Origin: Sphaerodactylus townsendi
Lineage: Eukaryota
Assembly: GCF_021028975.2 (NCBI RefSeq)
Contig: NC_059427.1
Span: forward strand, 102,300,001 to 102,364,000
DNA: 64,000 nucleotides
Reading direction: 5' to 3'
Shown here piece by piece: positions 40,270 to 53,665 of the stretch (position 1 is its first letter; each line of letters opens with the position of its first letter). Made by a program: the position numbers and the translations under genes. The notes below the pieces were generated by a model. The model did not search any database. It worked only from the letters and a program-made list of their open reading frames with translations, and was not told the origin of the DNA.

Positions 40270-42262
40270 AGTATCTGTACAAAACACATGGGCTTCACTT
40301 GAACCAAAAAGGAACCAGGCTGCTAGCAGTAAATATCCTAAGGGGAAGGCAAACCAGAATTGGGGAGCCTCTAGTCAGAGACAACTCTGTCCACAGCAAC
40401 AATAGTGTAAATACTCAGGGGTAATATTGATAGGAGCACAACAGACTTTAGCAGCAGGAATGGGATGACAAAGGAGGACCATCTGAGGAGAGAAAAGGCA
40501 CAGGGAGGTGGGGTTGTTGGAGAGAGAAAACATGTTACAAATGTCTAGCCACTGCTAGAAGTCTCTGAGCCAGATGGAGGAGCTAAATTACAATTTAGAT
40601 ATAGTGGGTCTTTCAGAAACCTGGTGAAATGGAGAAAATAAATGGGATACAGTCTTACCTGAATATAAACTCTATAGATAGGACAAAGAGGGACATCATT
40701 GCATTGTATATCAAAGAGGCAAATATCAAATAAGCTTGAACGCATTAGGGAGTGAACTACTTGATGTAACTTACATGAAGGTCATACTGGGCCCCAGGGG
40801 TATATAACTGCATGCCTTGAGACTGATTTTGAGGTGAAGAAGAAAATAAGGGAGGCGACTAAAGCTGATTATGTTGCAATATTGAGTTATTTCAACTACC
40901 TTTACACTAACTCTGGCTGTTTCTGCACAGGCAAGCAAGTGTGGGTGCACCGACAAAATTGCAGTCGATGCACTCCCCGGGGCAGTTCGCATGCCATTCT
41001 GCAAATGGCCCCAATGCCCCAGCAGACTGCGGGGCCGCTTTTGCACAGGGCATGCTGCTTCCCCCCCCCCCTTTTACCTCCTCTTGGCTGCCGTCACGGT
41101 AGAGAGGCCAGGGGACATGCCCGTGTAGCCATGGTGATGCCTCTAGGGACGGAGGCCAGGAAGTGTGTCCCCTGGTTTCTCTACAGGGATGGCAGCTGAG
41201 AGGAGGTAAGAGTGGGGGAAAAGCGGTGTAGGGAAAATGCCGCCTTCTATCTGCTGCCATTCACACAGCAGCAGGTGGAAGAAGCTGCTTTTAAAAAAAA
41301 ACCTCGCTCATTGAGAGATTTTTGAAAGCAGCATTTTCACGCCACTTGAGGGGGCCGAGCACGCCACTGCTGCAATGCAGCAGCACCAGCTGTGCGAACA
41401 GCACCCCAGGGACGGTGTTTTTACTGCCCCTAGGGCGCTGTTTTCTGCCAGTGCAGAAACAACCTCTGAAATATGTGCTTGAATCATGCACTGGAACAGT
41501 TGTTCTGAGAGAAGCTCGAGACCTGGTGCGAGATGTAGATATTGTTGAAGTAAACAGCACTTGGAAGCAGTGAGCACAATGGTATTAAGCTGAGCAATCA
41601 CATCAATGGAAAGTTATCCATAAAGTTTAAAACAGTAACGTTTGATTTCAAGGGGGGGGGGGTTGTTATACAAAGAAATAGGGCATTAGGTAGAAGAAAG
41701 CTGAAAGAGAAACACAGGTAAGTCAAATCCCTGGAGGATGCTTGGAAGCTATTTAAATCCACTCTAACTGAAGTCCAGAAAAAATGCATCCGTCAAGTTA
41801 GAAAAGGTACTGCAAAGTCTGCATGGTTACTGATTCATCAAGAACACTATAAAAAGTACAAAGTCTTCATTTAAAGAGTAGAAGGTCTGCCCTAATGAAG
41901 TGAACAGAAGGGACCACAGGCTCTGGCAAAATAAATGTAAGTTAATGCTTAGACATGCAAAAACAGAATTTGAAGAGTGGATTGCTAAAAGCATCAAGAC
42001 AAACAATAAGCATTTATTTAAATATATGAAGACCAGGAAACCAGCTGAGACCTAAGAATAAAATAACTGTTAAAGGAAAGTGGGGAGATGGCAGAGAATC
42101 TAAATGAAATCTTTGCATCTGTGGCATACACTCAGGCCATAGCCCCTGTTTTCAGAAAGGGAGCCTGAAAAACTGAGTCAAGCTGAGGTGATGAGAGATG
42201 ATGTTCTAGACATGTTGAAAAATTAAGAAGCAATAAATCTCCGGGTCCTGATGGCATACACC
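40270..42262 (+). mobile_element. CR1 LINE fragment (ORF1 esterase end and ORF2 endonuclease), MITE-interrupted
   Basis: LYKTHGLHLNQKG (SGNH esterase end), DIVGLSETW...YKLYR, LEDAWKLFKSTL, KSPGPDGIH. Confidence 0.8.
40915..41464. mobile_element. PIF/Harbinger-type MITE
   Basis: TIRs GGCTGTTTCTGCAC / GTGCAGAAACAACC; TSD TCT (40912-40914, 41465-41467). Confidence 0.75.
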
Positions 42263-43245
42263 ATTACTAAAATTACTAAAAGACATTACTAAAAATTCAA
42301 GGGCTATCTGTATTATTGGTAAAATTGTACACACAGAACCCATTGAATTTTTGCCTCTGAATATTTGCCACTACGACCCAAAGTCTCTAAGCAAATGAAA
42401 AACTACAAATATCTTGAGAGCTTTTCTGAAGATTATCCTTTTTAAACTTTATTTTTGTTTTGGTTTTATACCTTTAGTTAGATGAGGACATCTATTTTTT
42501 ACAGCTGTACAGGTCATTATTTTTGTTTTCCTCATGAAACAGAGACAGATTTAGCTGTCAAATCAAATCAAATGTAATATGGCAAAATCACTCCAGTAAC
42601 AGTAATTTACTAATTTGGACTCATTCAATTCTTTTCTAATACAACTTGATGGGCACACTTTTGCCTCAGAAGTTCCAGCAATTTTTATTTCCATTCTTAG
42701 TGTGTTGAGTGAGGGAAGAAGGTGCTGTCTGCAACTTGATCAAATGTTCATATTATTTTACCATCTGTCTGAAAACTCAAGGGAAACCAACCAATTCCTT
42801 TTTTAGAAATCACAAGTTTTGATTTGTTTCCCCACTCTTTTAGAAACAGAACCCAAACCTGTCGTGTTTGCCTCTTTCTGTGTGGCAGCACAGCTGATAG
42901 GAAGGGATACAGAACCAAATTCCAGTCACGCAGTCAGACATCACAGCTTATTAATCCACTATGGAGGACCATTGCAGAAGGACAAAGGGGAAAGTTCTTG
43001 CCAGGTTGTAAAATGCACATAAATATGCTTAATATACATATGCTTAGCTACATCTGTAAATAACTGTTTCCTTAGTTTCGATTAACTGCTGCTTGTTTCC
43101 AATATAAGTTGGGCAGTAAAAAATACAATATTAAATTAATTTTACTCAAACATCTTTCTAAGTCTAGATATGTTGTCACAGTCTGTGGCATAGGGAACAG
43201 GCCGCAACATATGTAAACATATAAGTATAATTGTTGTGAACAGCC

Positions 43246-43312
43246 AGTTGGTGTACTTGTTCAGAGTGGTGGACTCCAATCTGGAGAACTGGATTTGATT
43301 CCCCATTCCTTC
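43246..43312 (+). mobile_element. SINE tRNA-head fragment (Squam3-like)
   Basis: tggtgtacttgttcagagtggtggactccaatctggagaactggatttgattcccc matches the head of the SINEs at 1281 and 14965. Confidence 0.6.
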
Positions 43313-43344
43313 ACCTGATTGGATTTGTGGAATAAATCTTGCAG

Positions 43345-44520
43345 TGGCTGCACTCATTCCTCTGGAGTCAGGGATCACTATTGGGGAGGAAACCTCCACA
43401 CACCACTCCTTAGTGTGTGGAGTCCTGCAAATGGCTATTCTCTCTCCAATATTATTTAATATCTGTAGGCACCCTCTTGCCAGGTGGATCCAGGGGTTTG
43501 GACTGGAATGTTACCAATATGGTGATAAAATCCAGTTCTACCTGTTGATGGGTGACCACCAAGACATGACCCCAGATGTGCCTTCTAGCTGCCTGGTGGC
43601 CATGGTGGGCTGGCTGAAAGAGAGCCGGCTGAAGTCAAATCCACTGAAGGCAGGTCTTGTGACTGGAGAGGCGAGGCACAGTTGGGAAGAGCCAATTACT
43701 GATTTTTGATGGTGTGCAGTTATCAGCAGCACCCTCCATCAATAATCTCAAGGTGACTCTTTGATGTTGGAGGCTCAAGTCTCACAGGTGGCTTGCCTGG
43801 GTTTTTACCATCTTCACCAGACAAGACAATTGGTGCCCTACCTGTCCCAAACCTGACTGGCCACAGTGATCCATGCAACAGTCAGTTCTAGACTAGAGGT
43901 CCTGCATCTCATTCTTCACAGGGCTTCCTTGGGGTCTATTCCAAGAATTCCAACTGGTGCAAAATGCAGCAGCTTGTCTGTTCACCAAGACCCCATGGTG
44001 GCACACATTCAACCAGTGCTTCACCAGCTGCATTGGCCCCAGGTAGAATACTGGATTAGATTCAAGGTGCTGGTGCTCACCTTTAAAGGCCGAAATGGTC
44101 TGGGGCCATCATAAATAAGGGACCATCTCTCCTGTTTGTCTCCCAAAGAGCATTCTGATGTGTAAACAGCAATTTACTGGTGATCCCAGGGCCAAAAGAA
44201 GCCCTGCAGAATCTAATGCAATTCCACTGGGCCTGCAAGAGCTGTTCCCTCAGGTCTACAGTTGAGGGGAAAATAAGATCTGTAAGTATCTCTAAAATAT
44301 TCTGGCCTCTCTCTTCTCCCTCCCCTCTTCTTATCGCAATCAACATCTTCAGTAGTTGGTATTACCATCTGTTTTTTGAGATTTTGAACTTTGGGTTAAA
44401 GTTTTTAAGCTATGTGAATTGTATTTATTGTTGAATGTTAAATTGTTTGCTATTTCTATTTGATTTAAGCAGCCCTAAGCCCAAAAGGGGAAGGGTGATG
44501 TAGAAATCTAAATAGAAATA
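43345..44520 (+). mobile_element. L2 LINE 3' fragment (decayed)
   Basis: CGVLQMAILSPILFNI...YQYGDKIQFY...RLKSNP, IHATVSSRL, PVLHQLHWPQVEYWIRFKVLVLTFK; L2 tail ~44465-44520. Confidence 0.8.
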
Positions 44521-47500
44521 AGCAGAAGACTTATTAGATCCAAACTTGAAAAGCAAATCTCTATAGAATGACTTAAAATGCTACAGCCTACAGAGCTACA
44601 ATGCCTGGAGAGTCAAGTGTGTATAATCTGGATATGTATAGGCTATTCTGAGAGGGAAAGGGCAGGAGCAGCAGGTGTGTGTTGGTGCTCCATATAAACA
44701 TGTAACATTTGCAGTGTTACAGAGGCCTGCAGTAAAAGCTGCATCATAGCCAGACTGGCTTGTTTTTATGATATCGAGTTGGTGACTTTGGCTATACCCA
44801 GTCTGCACAGAGGTGTTCATCAAACAGCTATTCTGCATAATGGCGTAAATTATACAATGGTGCTTACACTATGTATAATGGTATCATCTGATCCTAGGCC
44901 CGCTCAGACTAATGGCAGCAATACGATAGATTTTCATTACTTACAAGTTTTGTGCTCATAACTCCCCAGCTTACTAGCTGAATTCACTGCAGTACATCAG
45001 ATGTAAAAGGACTACAAATGTATTTGACACAATATCACCTGAAACCTATCTGCTTGATGTAAAGGAGAGCATACTGTTTCAATGGCAAACATTTCGTATT
45101 ATAATTTGGTCTTTTGATGGCTGGCATTCTAACAATTGCTGTTAGGAAAATCATGGTTTCCTTTTGCCTCCTATACGCTAGCATTAGTCACAAACAGCAC
45201 GGCTCCATGTTTAATTCCAATCACAGCATCTCTTTCTCTCAGGGAAAAAAATTAAGTTCTTATTAAAACATTTAACCTAGGTTGTTGTACTAGTCTTAAT
45301 AAGGTAGAGGGTTTTAAAGGAAAGAAATCATTACACTGAAAAGTTTACAGCACATCACTTGTGGATTTTGCATCATGTAATTTTTAATTAATGGTAGCAG
45401 TGCCTGGAGATTCACGTGCTCTCTAATTTAATAAATGAAAGGAAGCAAATAAAACAAAACAAATAAGTTGTGGTATAAAATGTGTCTAGCAGAGATTCTC
45501 TGTGCTACTATGATATTAAACAAAAACTCTTCATGCCTTGTGACTAAAAGAAGTATGTTCTTTCTATTCACATGTAAGGTTTTATCTTCTAATAGTCAGA
45601 CCTTCTAAAAAGTCAAAGGAAGAAGTTATCTCTGAACATTAGGACAAAGTTACTTACATTTCCAACACAAATGTGGATACTTGTTAAAACACTGCTTTCA
45701 GAAGTCAGACCAGTTAATGTTAACCGTCTAATTAAATGTATTTTCACCATTATTCCCATGTTAAATGTTAGTCATAAGTCTTCTGTTCTAAAGGGGGGAA
45801 AGCCAATATTTAAACTAAACCCTTGAACCCACTACTGCATACTTGCACTTCTTTTTCAACTTCTAAGGGTCAATTTAGGGAAGACAGAGATCATGAATTT
45901 CCCAGGATTTCAAACCTGAAAGGGGAGGGGCGGTTTAGAAATCTAATAAAATTAACAAAATTAACAATTAACAATACAGTTTAGGCACAGACAGCTCTCA
46001 TTCAGATCAGGATCACATCTGGAGGTGAAAGGGGTTCAACTGTTCCATCCTGCACATTTCTACCAAGTATGCCCCCCATAAATTATTGGAAATTTTAAAA
46101 AGGATAGCAATTTTTGACTGGTTTTTCCCCCTTCCAAGTTGAATATGGGTGTGGTCAATTGGGACAATTTTGAAAGGCAAAAAAATAACCCCTTTCCTCC
46201 CCCTCCCTACTTCCCCGTGGCTCTAATGTAAATTGGCATTCTGGTCTCCTAAAACGTACCATTTCAAAAATATTGGGAAGCCCCAACATCCTATCTGTTT
46301 TGATCCTAAATGCAATTGAGAGCATTTGGGTAGTCTTTACAGTCAATTTGTAAAGGGAAGTGTTGCCATGAGATGAAAAATAAGTGTGATGCTTATTCCT
46401 AAAACTATGCCCTTAGAGTGATGAATAGAGCTATTCTATTATTCTATTGCAAATCTTTTCTCTGATTGTATCCTCATAACCACAGATGCAAACACAGATA
46501 AGAAACAGTTATCAATGAAACAAGTGGATTTGAAATTTCCCTGTATAGATTGCCTTTGTAAACGAATATTACAGTCTTTACTGTAGCTAAAAGCTTTCAA
46601 ATAAAAATGTATCATATATGGTCAAATACATTAAGGGTCTATAACCAGAGCTCATTTGTGTTATTTGGAAGTGAATACAAGAGATCCCTAACATTAACTG
46701 GGTTTGTGGCATTGTGGTATGTTCTTTCATCTCTTCCTCTGGCAGTCTTTCCCCAGTCAAACAGGCTCCCTTCTTGGCTGTTTTAACATCCAGGGGAGAA
46801 GAGAAAAAGTACTCATCTCTAAGCAGTGGCATACCTGGGGCTGACAGAGGCAGCTGATGCCACAGGTGCCACTTGTGAGTGTCATGTGAGGTGGGAATTC
46901 AGTCGCCCCTTCCCTCCATGAGAATTGTTTTGCATGACCACCATGGCCTCCTCCTGCACCACCACCCACCAGCCTCTAACCACCTGCCACCTTGGGCTAC
47001 TACCACCCACCCACTACTGGCCCATCCGCCAGCCCCCCTCTTCCCAGACTGACTGCTTTGGAGAGGTAGGCCCCTTTTTCCTCTGACTGCTTTGGAGAGG
47101 TAGGCCCACCCTGCTATTTGGGAGAGTGCAAATTTGGGGGGAGGGTGCAATTTCAGTACCATTTAGGTTCCATTTTCTGAAGATACACCACTGTCTAAGG
47201 CTGGATATGATGCAAAGAAATAATCAATCCCTTCTAGCACTATGTCCACAATCAATAGCAGGCTTCCCTTGGGTCAAATTGTATGCTGTTAATTCCAGTG
47301 CAGGAACTCCACTGTAATTTGCAGTATGGGTCCAAAGGTACTAACAACAATTTATTTTCAGCAGTGGAAAATCTATGATTCTAATGGTTTGTTTTCACTG
47401 TAACCATTATTTTAAAATAATTTTGCAAAAAATATATAAACAATATACATTTACATTTTTGTTTCTCATACAAGTTGAACATTGCTAAAACATTACTGCT

Positions 47501-47601
47501 AGGTTACTACTTTGCTATTCAGACTTGGATGCAGTTCAAAGCTTTAAAAGGAGTAGAATTTAGGTTCCTCTGTTACTGTGTGGAAAAGCCACAAAAACAA
47601 C

Positions 47602-47909
47602 TGTAAGGGATTCAATGGTGTTGATGTTCAGACCAGCCGCCCGGCCTTGACTGAATTCCAGAACCCGGGCGATGGGCCAGCATCTGCGGCGGAGACTCTG
47701 GTGGAGACCTTATCTCTTCGAGAGAGATGAGAAATCCGTTCCCATGAGAAACCGGGAGGGGGGAGGGGACGGACAGTATTATAACCTGTGCTTCTGGCGG
47801 GAGACTTTATTCCTGCCACGTCGTGTACGTGAGCTTTCTAGGATGTCTGAATAAACGGTCTTTTACTCCAAAAAAGCCTTTTATTTCTGCTTCTATGGAA
47901 TTCCTTACA
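47602..47909 (+). repeat. 5' LTR
   Basis: TGTAAGG...CCTTACA; TATAA at 47780-47784; AATAAA at ~47850; no difference from the 3' LTR seen by eye. Confidence 0.95.
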
Positions 47910-47911
47910 TT

Positions 47912-47922
47912 GTGGCAGGAAT
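47912..47922 (+). promoter_or_regulatory. Self-priming primer-binding site
   Basis: GTGGCAGGAAT is the exact reverse complement of ATTCCTGCCAC (47809-47819), which starts 29 nt after the TATA box. Confidence 0.8.
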
Positions 47923-47969
47923 CCTAGTTCATCTATCTTCCCAGTGTAGTGGACCTCTGGTGTCTCGGC

Positions 47970-50238
47970 ATGGAGAGGTTGAATATTCCTGAAACTGTGG
48001 AAGGTGCGGTAGCCCCCAAAGAGGGCTCCGAACTTTCCCTTCTGGATTTGGAGGAACCAGCGGGAGAACGGGTCTCGCTGGTAACTCTTTCCCGTCCTCG
48101 TATCAACACGAGTCTGCCCTTACTTCGTTGGGACGAGGGACGAGGGCGATCATGTGGACTTGCATGAGTCATTTGGGGCGCTGTCTATGGACCGGGCGCC
48201 TGTGGATCGGATACCTACCCGTTTTCGTGTGGATTACAAACCTCAGATGCAACCTGTCATGGAGGAGATGGGCCTGACCACTTTTCATGCGGCAACCCAG
48301 GAGTCTATTGAGCGATTCCTGGACTTCGTATTTCGACGATGCTCCCAAGAATCCAACGTGGCATAGAACTGGGGACCGTCCTGAGACCACCGTAGAAAGC
48401 GGGACTATCTCGGGGATTGGGGGGGGTCTCAGCAGCAGCTTCCGATCGGAACCCCCAGATCCCGGATTAGCGGCTGCGCCAGAGCCCCGTGGAGCTGCCG
48501 GGGGACACGAGGTGCTGCATTCCGATGAGGAGGAATCCGAAGAAAGCCAGCCTTCTCATCCGGACCTATTTCCCCTCCCGTCAAAAGAGAGCTGGGATGA
48601 GGAAGTGGGTCGACTGCGAGATGCCCAGGAAGCATGGGCCCGTGAACGCCAGCTGTGGGAAGAGGAACGGGAGCAGCTGCAGCTAGAACGTGAAAACCTG
48701 CAAAAGGACCGGGAACAGCAGCGCAAAGAAATCCAACTCGAACTGGACCCGTGCCAAAGACGCGTTGCAACGGCAATATATGCAGAATCTATCAGTCCAT
48801 GATAAGGTCCTGGAACACTCCAAACTGGACCGGAAATCAAAAGCTTGTCAACGGAAAGCGATTAAAGGCCATGCGTCGCACATTTAAGTTGAACTAACCG
48901 CAGCCATTCACCGAGACGAACTGGCCAAATTGGAACGAGAGAAGGCAGCTTTGCATGCGCACCAAGATGCCTTGACTCGCAAGGAAAGAGACTTAGCCGC
49001 CTTTGAAAAGGAGCTGAAGAAGCAGCAGGACAAGATGCCCCAAGCTGGAGTCTACGCCGTTACCGGTACAGCCAACGCCAGAGGAGCGACGCTTCTGGGT
49101 CCTGATACTCGCGTATCTGCCACCTTCCAAAGACCTGCTCCCACCAGAGCACCAGCGGCGCCGGTGCCCCCACCTCCACCGATTCCGGCTCTCCCTGCGC
49201 CACCGCCTCAACCTGCGCAACCTCCGCCCCAGCTGGTAGCTCGAGGGCCGTGGAGAGAGGATATTACAGACCTCCGATACCTGCCCGTTTGATGGGACCG
49301 CTTCCAAACTTCCCTACTTCATCCTGCAGCTCGATGCCCACATGGAGGACTATGGCGGTTTGTACCGGTCGGAACGCGAAAAAATACGGGACATCGGTTC
49401 CGTCTTGGATGGAGCGGCAGCCGACTGGTTTGTGACTCTTTTTGACCTGCAAGGGGAGGATACTCGCACGGTGCCCGCGTTCCTCCAAGCCTTAAGGGCT
49501 CGCTTCCAAGATCCGGATGCTGAAAATGAAGCCATCCGCACCATTAAGTCGATTCAGCAAGGCAACCGCTCTTTTGCCGAATTTGCCCGTGAATTTCGTG
49601 CGGCGGCTGCTCGACTCCCTCCTGAGTGGCCTGAATGCATGAAATGTGAATACTTCTCGGATGCCGTCGACGGCAAACTGCGAGAAACGGTGTACCTTAT
49701 TCGGATCCCACGCACCATTGCTGACTGGATCGAATTAGGATCTCAAGTGGCGTCTCGTTTGGACTACGCTCGCGCCGGGGGCCGCCCACGCCCCAAACCC
49801 GCCGCTACGACCACCGCTTCGACTCGCAAGCCAAGCCCAGCAGTCTCTACGGAAACCACCTCCGAGCGCCGTCGCCGTTTGGGATTGTGTCTTTACTGCG
49901 GAGGACTGGGTCATCTAGCTGCCAACTGCCCGAAAAAACAGAAGCCAACCGCTCCAGCTGCGCGCACCCCATCTGCCAAGCCACCACGTAAATCCGGGCC
50001 GCCTCCGACGGGCTCGTCTAAGGCGGTTACCGAAGGCGACCCAGAAGAAGGGGAAGTAGCGGTTTGCCTCTCTTCAATGCCCATGGATATGGGTTCGACT
50101 CCAGATGCGGTGAGTGAAGGCAGCGCTCCCATTACAATCCAAGCAATTCTGGCCAACCCCGCTAAGCACACTCGTATTATAGCCTCAGCCCTTGTAGATT
50201 CTGGGTGCTCCCATTGCTTAATGACCCCAAGTGGCTGA
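47970..50238 (+). pseudogene. gag: Gag (long N-terminal acidic/coiled-coil/Pro-rich region, capsid, CCHC knuckle) and start of aspartic protease; frameshifted in this assembly
   Basis: ORF 49342-50238 has retrotransposon-gag motifs (LDGAAADW, QGNRSFAEFAREFR), CLYCGGLGHLAANC at 49888-49929 and ALVDSG (DSG 50197-50205); upstream ORF pieces are E/R/Q-rich and P-rich; start codon uncertain. Confidence 0.8.
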
Positions 50239-53200
50239 GGAACTTGGACTAGAACCCGGAGTTCCCCTAGCTAAGCCCATACCGTTCACACAAATGGATC
50301 GGCAGCCCCTCGAGGGCGAAGGACCGGCCCAGTTCAAAACGCACCCGGTCCTCCTCCGCTGCGCCGACCATTGGGAGAAAATTAGTTTTATTCTGGCCCC
50401 AGTGGCCAAACACTCCATAGTCCTGGGCATGCCATGGTTGTTGTTGCATGAACCAAAATTCATTTGGAAAGACCGGATCTTAGAATTCACTGACCACTCC
50501 CATGTGGAGAACGCATGAATTGGGGATAACTCACCTCTAATGACATACACCCCCTGGCTTCGTCAGAGGTGCAGCTCCAATTGCTCCCGAATCCACCGGC
50601 ATTCCACCGGCTTACCAAGATTTAGCCAGAGTATTTCAGGAGCAAGAATGCGATCAATTGCCACCCCATAGAGACACTGACTGCAAAATCGTATTACAGC
50701 CAGGGCTCAACTGCCCAAGGGTAGAATCTACGCATGAGTCCCAATGAGGAGAAGGAACTTCGTGCCTTCTTAGACAAGAACCTTGCTCGCGGGTTCAATA
50801 CAACGAGCTACCAAACACACACATGCTGCTCCTGTATTATTTGTTAAAAAGAAGGCCAGGTCTTTAAGGCTCTGTCTGGATTACCGAGGACTCAATGCGG
50901 TTTCCCTGTCCAATAAATACCCTTTGCCTTTGATCAAGGACCTTTTAGATGCATTGGGCAAGGGGCGCATTTTTACTAAGTTGGATTTAAGAGAAGCATA
51001 CTACAGAGTCAGGATTGCGGAAGGCTATGAACATTTGACTGCATTTAACACGACATTTGGACGAGTATGAATGCTTAATAATGCCATTCGGGTTAAGTGG
51101 GGCCCCTGGAGCTTTATGGCCCTCATCAACGAAGTTCTACATGACTTATTATACAAGGGAGTAGTGGTGTACTTAGATGATGTTTTAATTTATTCACAAA
51201 CCATGGAGGAGCATGAAGCCTTAGTTCGAAGTATTAAAACGCTTGCTCGACAATTCCCTCTTTGCAAAACTTTCTAAATGTTGTTTTCACCAATCCTCCA
51301 TCGACTACTTGGGCTGCGGATCTCTTCCGAGGGGTTAAAAATGGATCCTGCTAAAGATTGAAGCAGTCCTCCAATGGCCTGCCCCCACCAATCGGAAGAA
51401 CTCAGTGCTTTTCCTAGGGTTTGCTAATTTCTACCGTGGACTTGCTGATACCCCAATTCGCTGAACTGACTCTCCCACTCACAGACCTCTTACGCACTTA
51501 AAGGTAAGAGACCCACAGGCTGCCAAGCCGGGCGCCTTTCTTGGTCTAAGGAATGCTCAAGGCAGCCTTTCAACAGATTAAAAATCCAGCTTTTACTACA
51601 GAGACCTATCCACAAAACACCCTGACCCAGATCTTCCCTTTTGTGGTTCCGCGTGCGATGCCCCTCCCGGACAAAGCTTGGTGCAGCCCTTGTTGCAGAG
51701 AAATAAAGATGATAGAAGCTTGTTCCGTGTGCTTATTTATCAAAAAATTCTCGGTGCTGAGCTCCAACTGGACTGTAGGGGATACAAAAAGAGACTGCGG
51801 CCATCAAAGTAAGCTCTCCCACTTGGCGCCGCACTGGCTGGAGGCTAAACTACCCCTTTCAAGTGTAGTCGGATCACACAGAACTTGTAGCCGCCCTCTT
51901 CCACCCCCCTCAAGATGTCCGCCACAGCAGAAACAACTCCGTTGGGCCGATTTCTTTTCTCCGGCTTCTCTTTTTACCGTCCATTTTTTCCCTGGAAAAA
52001 CCAATAAACTAGCATGATGCACTCTGGCTCGCCTGCCGAGGTGGGTGGAGCTGCTCTTCACTGGGATATCCAGCGCACTGTTCTCTCTCCCCTCCCAATT
52101 GGGGCTGGCTGTCACTTTCGATCTCAGGCGTCCACTTCCTCCTTCCTTCTTCTTCTCCCGCCCATTCCCAGCCTGGTCTCTCAACTTTCCCTCACGAGAG
52201 AACTTCGGAGGAAGGCGGGGCTGCACGGAAGCCGCTGGCGGAAGGAAGGTGACTCCCAATTACAGCTTGGAGAATGGTGTTTGGCCGGAGGGATTGTTGG
52301 TACGATACCTCCCCTCCGGTAAGCAAGGTAAGGTTCGCAGGCCTGCCATGATGCCCGCTCGGCTGGACATTTTGGCTTCCTTAAGACTCTGCATTTGGCC
52401 CGCCGTCAATTTTTGGTGGCGCTTACGCGATGCCGCCAAAGACTTATTAGAAGACATATATCAAGGATGCTCTGTTTGAAATCGCGGAAGCCAAATCCGT
52501 TCCGGGAAAACCCCATGGTCTGTTAAAGCCTCTCCCAGTGGCCACCCGCCCCTGGGAAGTTATCTCCCCATGCTGATTTTAATATTACGGATTTGCCGGA
52601 AAGTCAAAGGCAACACAGTCTTGTGGGTGGTGGTGGACTTATTTTTCCAAACAAGCCCCATTTCATCCCATGTACTTCCATCCCCTCCGCTCACTAAGCT
52701 TAAGCTGGCGTCTGTTCATTCAGCATATTTATCGTCTACACATCCTCCCCGTCAAGGTGAGTTGTCCGGACCCAGCGGGCCCCAATTCATTTCAAAGTTC
52801 TGGAAAGCCTTCCTGGAGCCAAGCTTGTTGGGGAGCCGCCCCGACAATGTTATGCCGCCCTACCACGTTCAAAGTGGCGGTGAGTCGGAAGAGCGAACAG
52901 AACCCTGGAACAGTATTCCAACGTTGTTACACCAACTATCACCAAGACAACTGGTGCGATTTAATTCCGTTTGCAGAATACGCCTACAATAATGCAGTAC
53001 ATAGCAGTACAAAAAAAAACCCCGCCGAAATTGTGTCTGGTCGGTCCTTCCCTCCGTTGCCGCAACTGCCTGGAGAAGCGTTGGATCCTCCAGAGTTCCA
53101 ACAGTGGATTTCATCTCTGGCGAGGGTGGAAAACAGTCCAGACCGCCTTACAGCAAGCTAAAGATTCCCAAAAACTGGCGGATAAGCACCGCTCGGATTT

Positions 53201-53665
53201 CCCTTTACGTGTGAAGCCTGGGTATATTTGTCTACCAAGAATCTCAGAGACGTACATAAATTTTCAAAACTGGGCAAAAGATTCGTGGGACCTTTTAAGA
53301 TTACTAAAGTGATTAATGATGTCACTGCCCGATTAGACTTGCCTAATTCTCTAAGTAATATCCATCCTGTCTTTCATTCCAGTTTACTCAAGGAGGCTCC
53401 CGTTTCCGATGCCTGGCACGACCCTCCGGAGAGACCCCCGCCGACTATAATTGATGGCCACAAACATTATGAAATTGACGCCATCCTGGACTCTCGTTTT
53501 AATCGCAAACGCTTGCAATATTTAGTCTCTTGGGTGGGATATTCCTCTGGGTATAATCAATGGGTCTATTCAGAAAATATTGACGCCCCTTCCCTCATTT
53601 CTACTTTCCACCGCACCTTTCCGCACAAACCTGGGGGGGAGAAGTTTTTCTTAAGGGAGGCAGAG
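50231..53665 (+). pseudogene. pol: Pol (PR C-terminus, RT, RNase H, integrase, chromodomain), many frameshifts
   Basis: IVLGMPWL; APVLFVKKK...[11 protein letters not shown]...YPLP...[10 protein letters not shown]; VYLDDVLIYS (YLDD 51170-51181); GPQFISKFW; AEYAYNN; FVGPFKI; HPVFHSSLLK; chromodomain YEIDAILDSR...QYLVSWVGY...W. Confidence 0.9.

Noticed and set aside
500-47500. Numerous 60-160-aa ORFs in the ORF track
   Set aside because: Expected by chance or derived from LINE fragments; many use non-ATG starts and none resembles a host protein I recognise
49342-50238. Domesticated PEG10/RTL-like host gene
   Set aside because: Lies inside a complete element with identical LTRs, TSD, PBS and PPT
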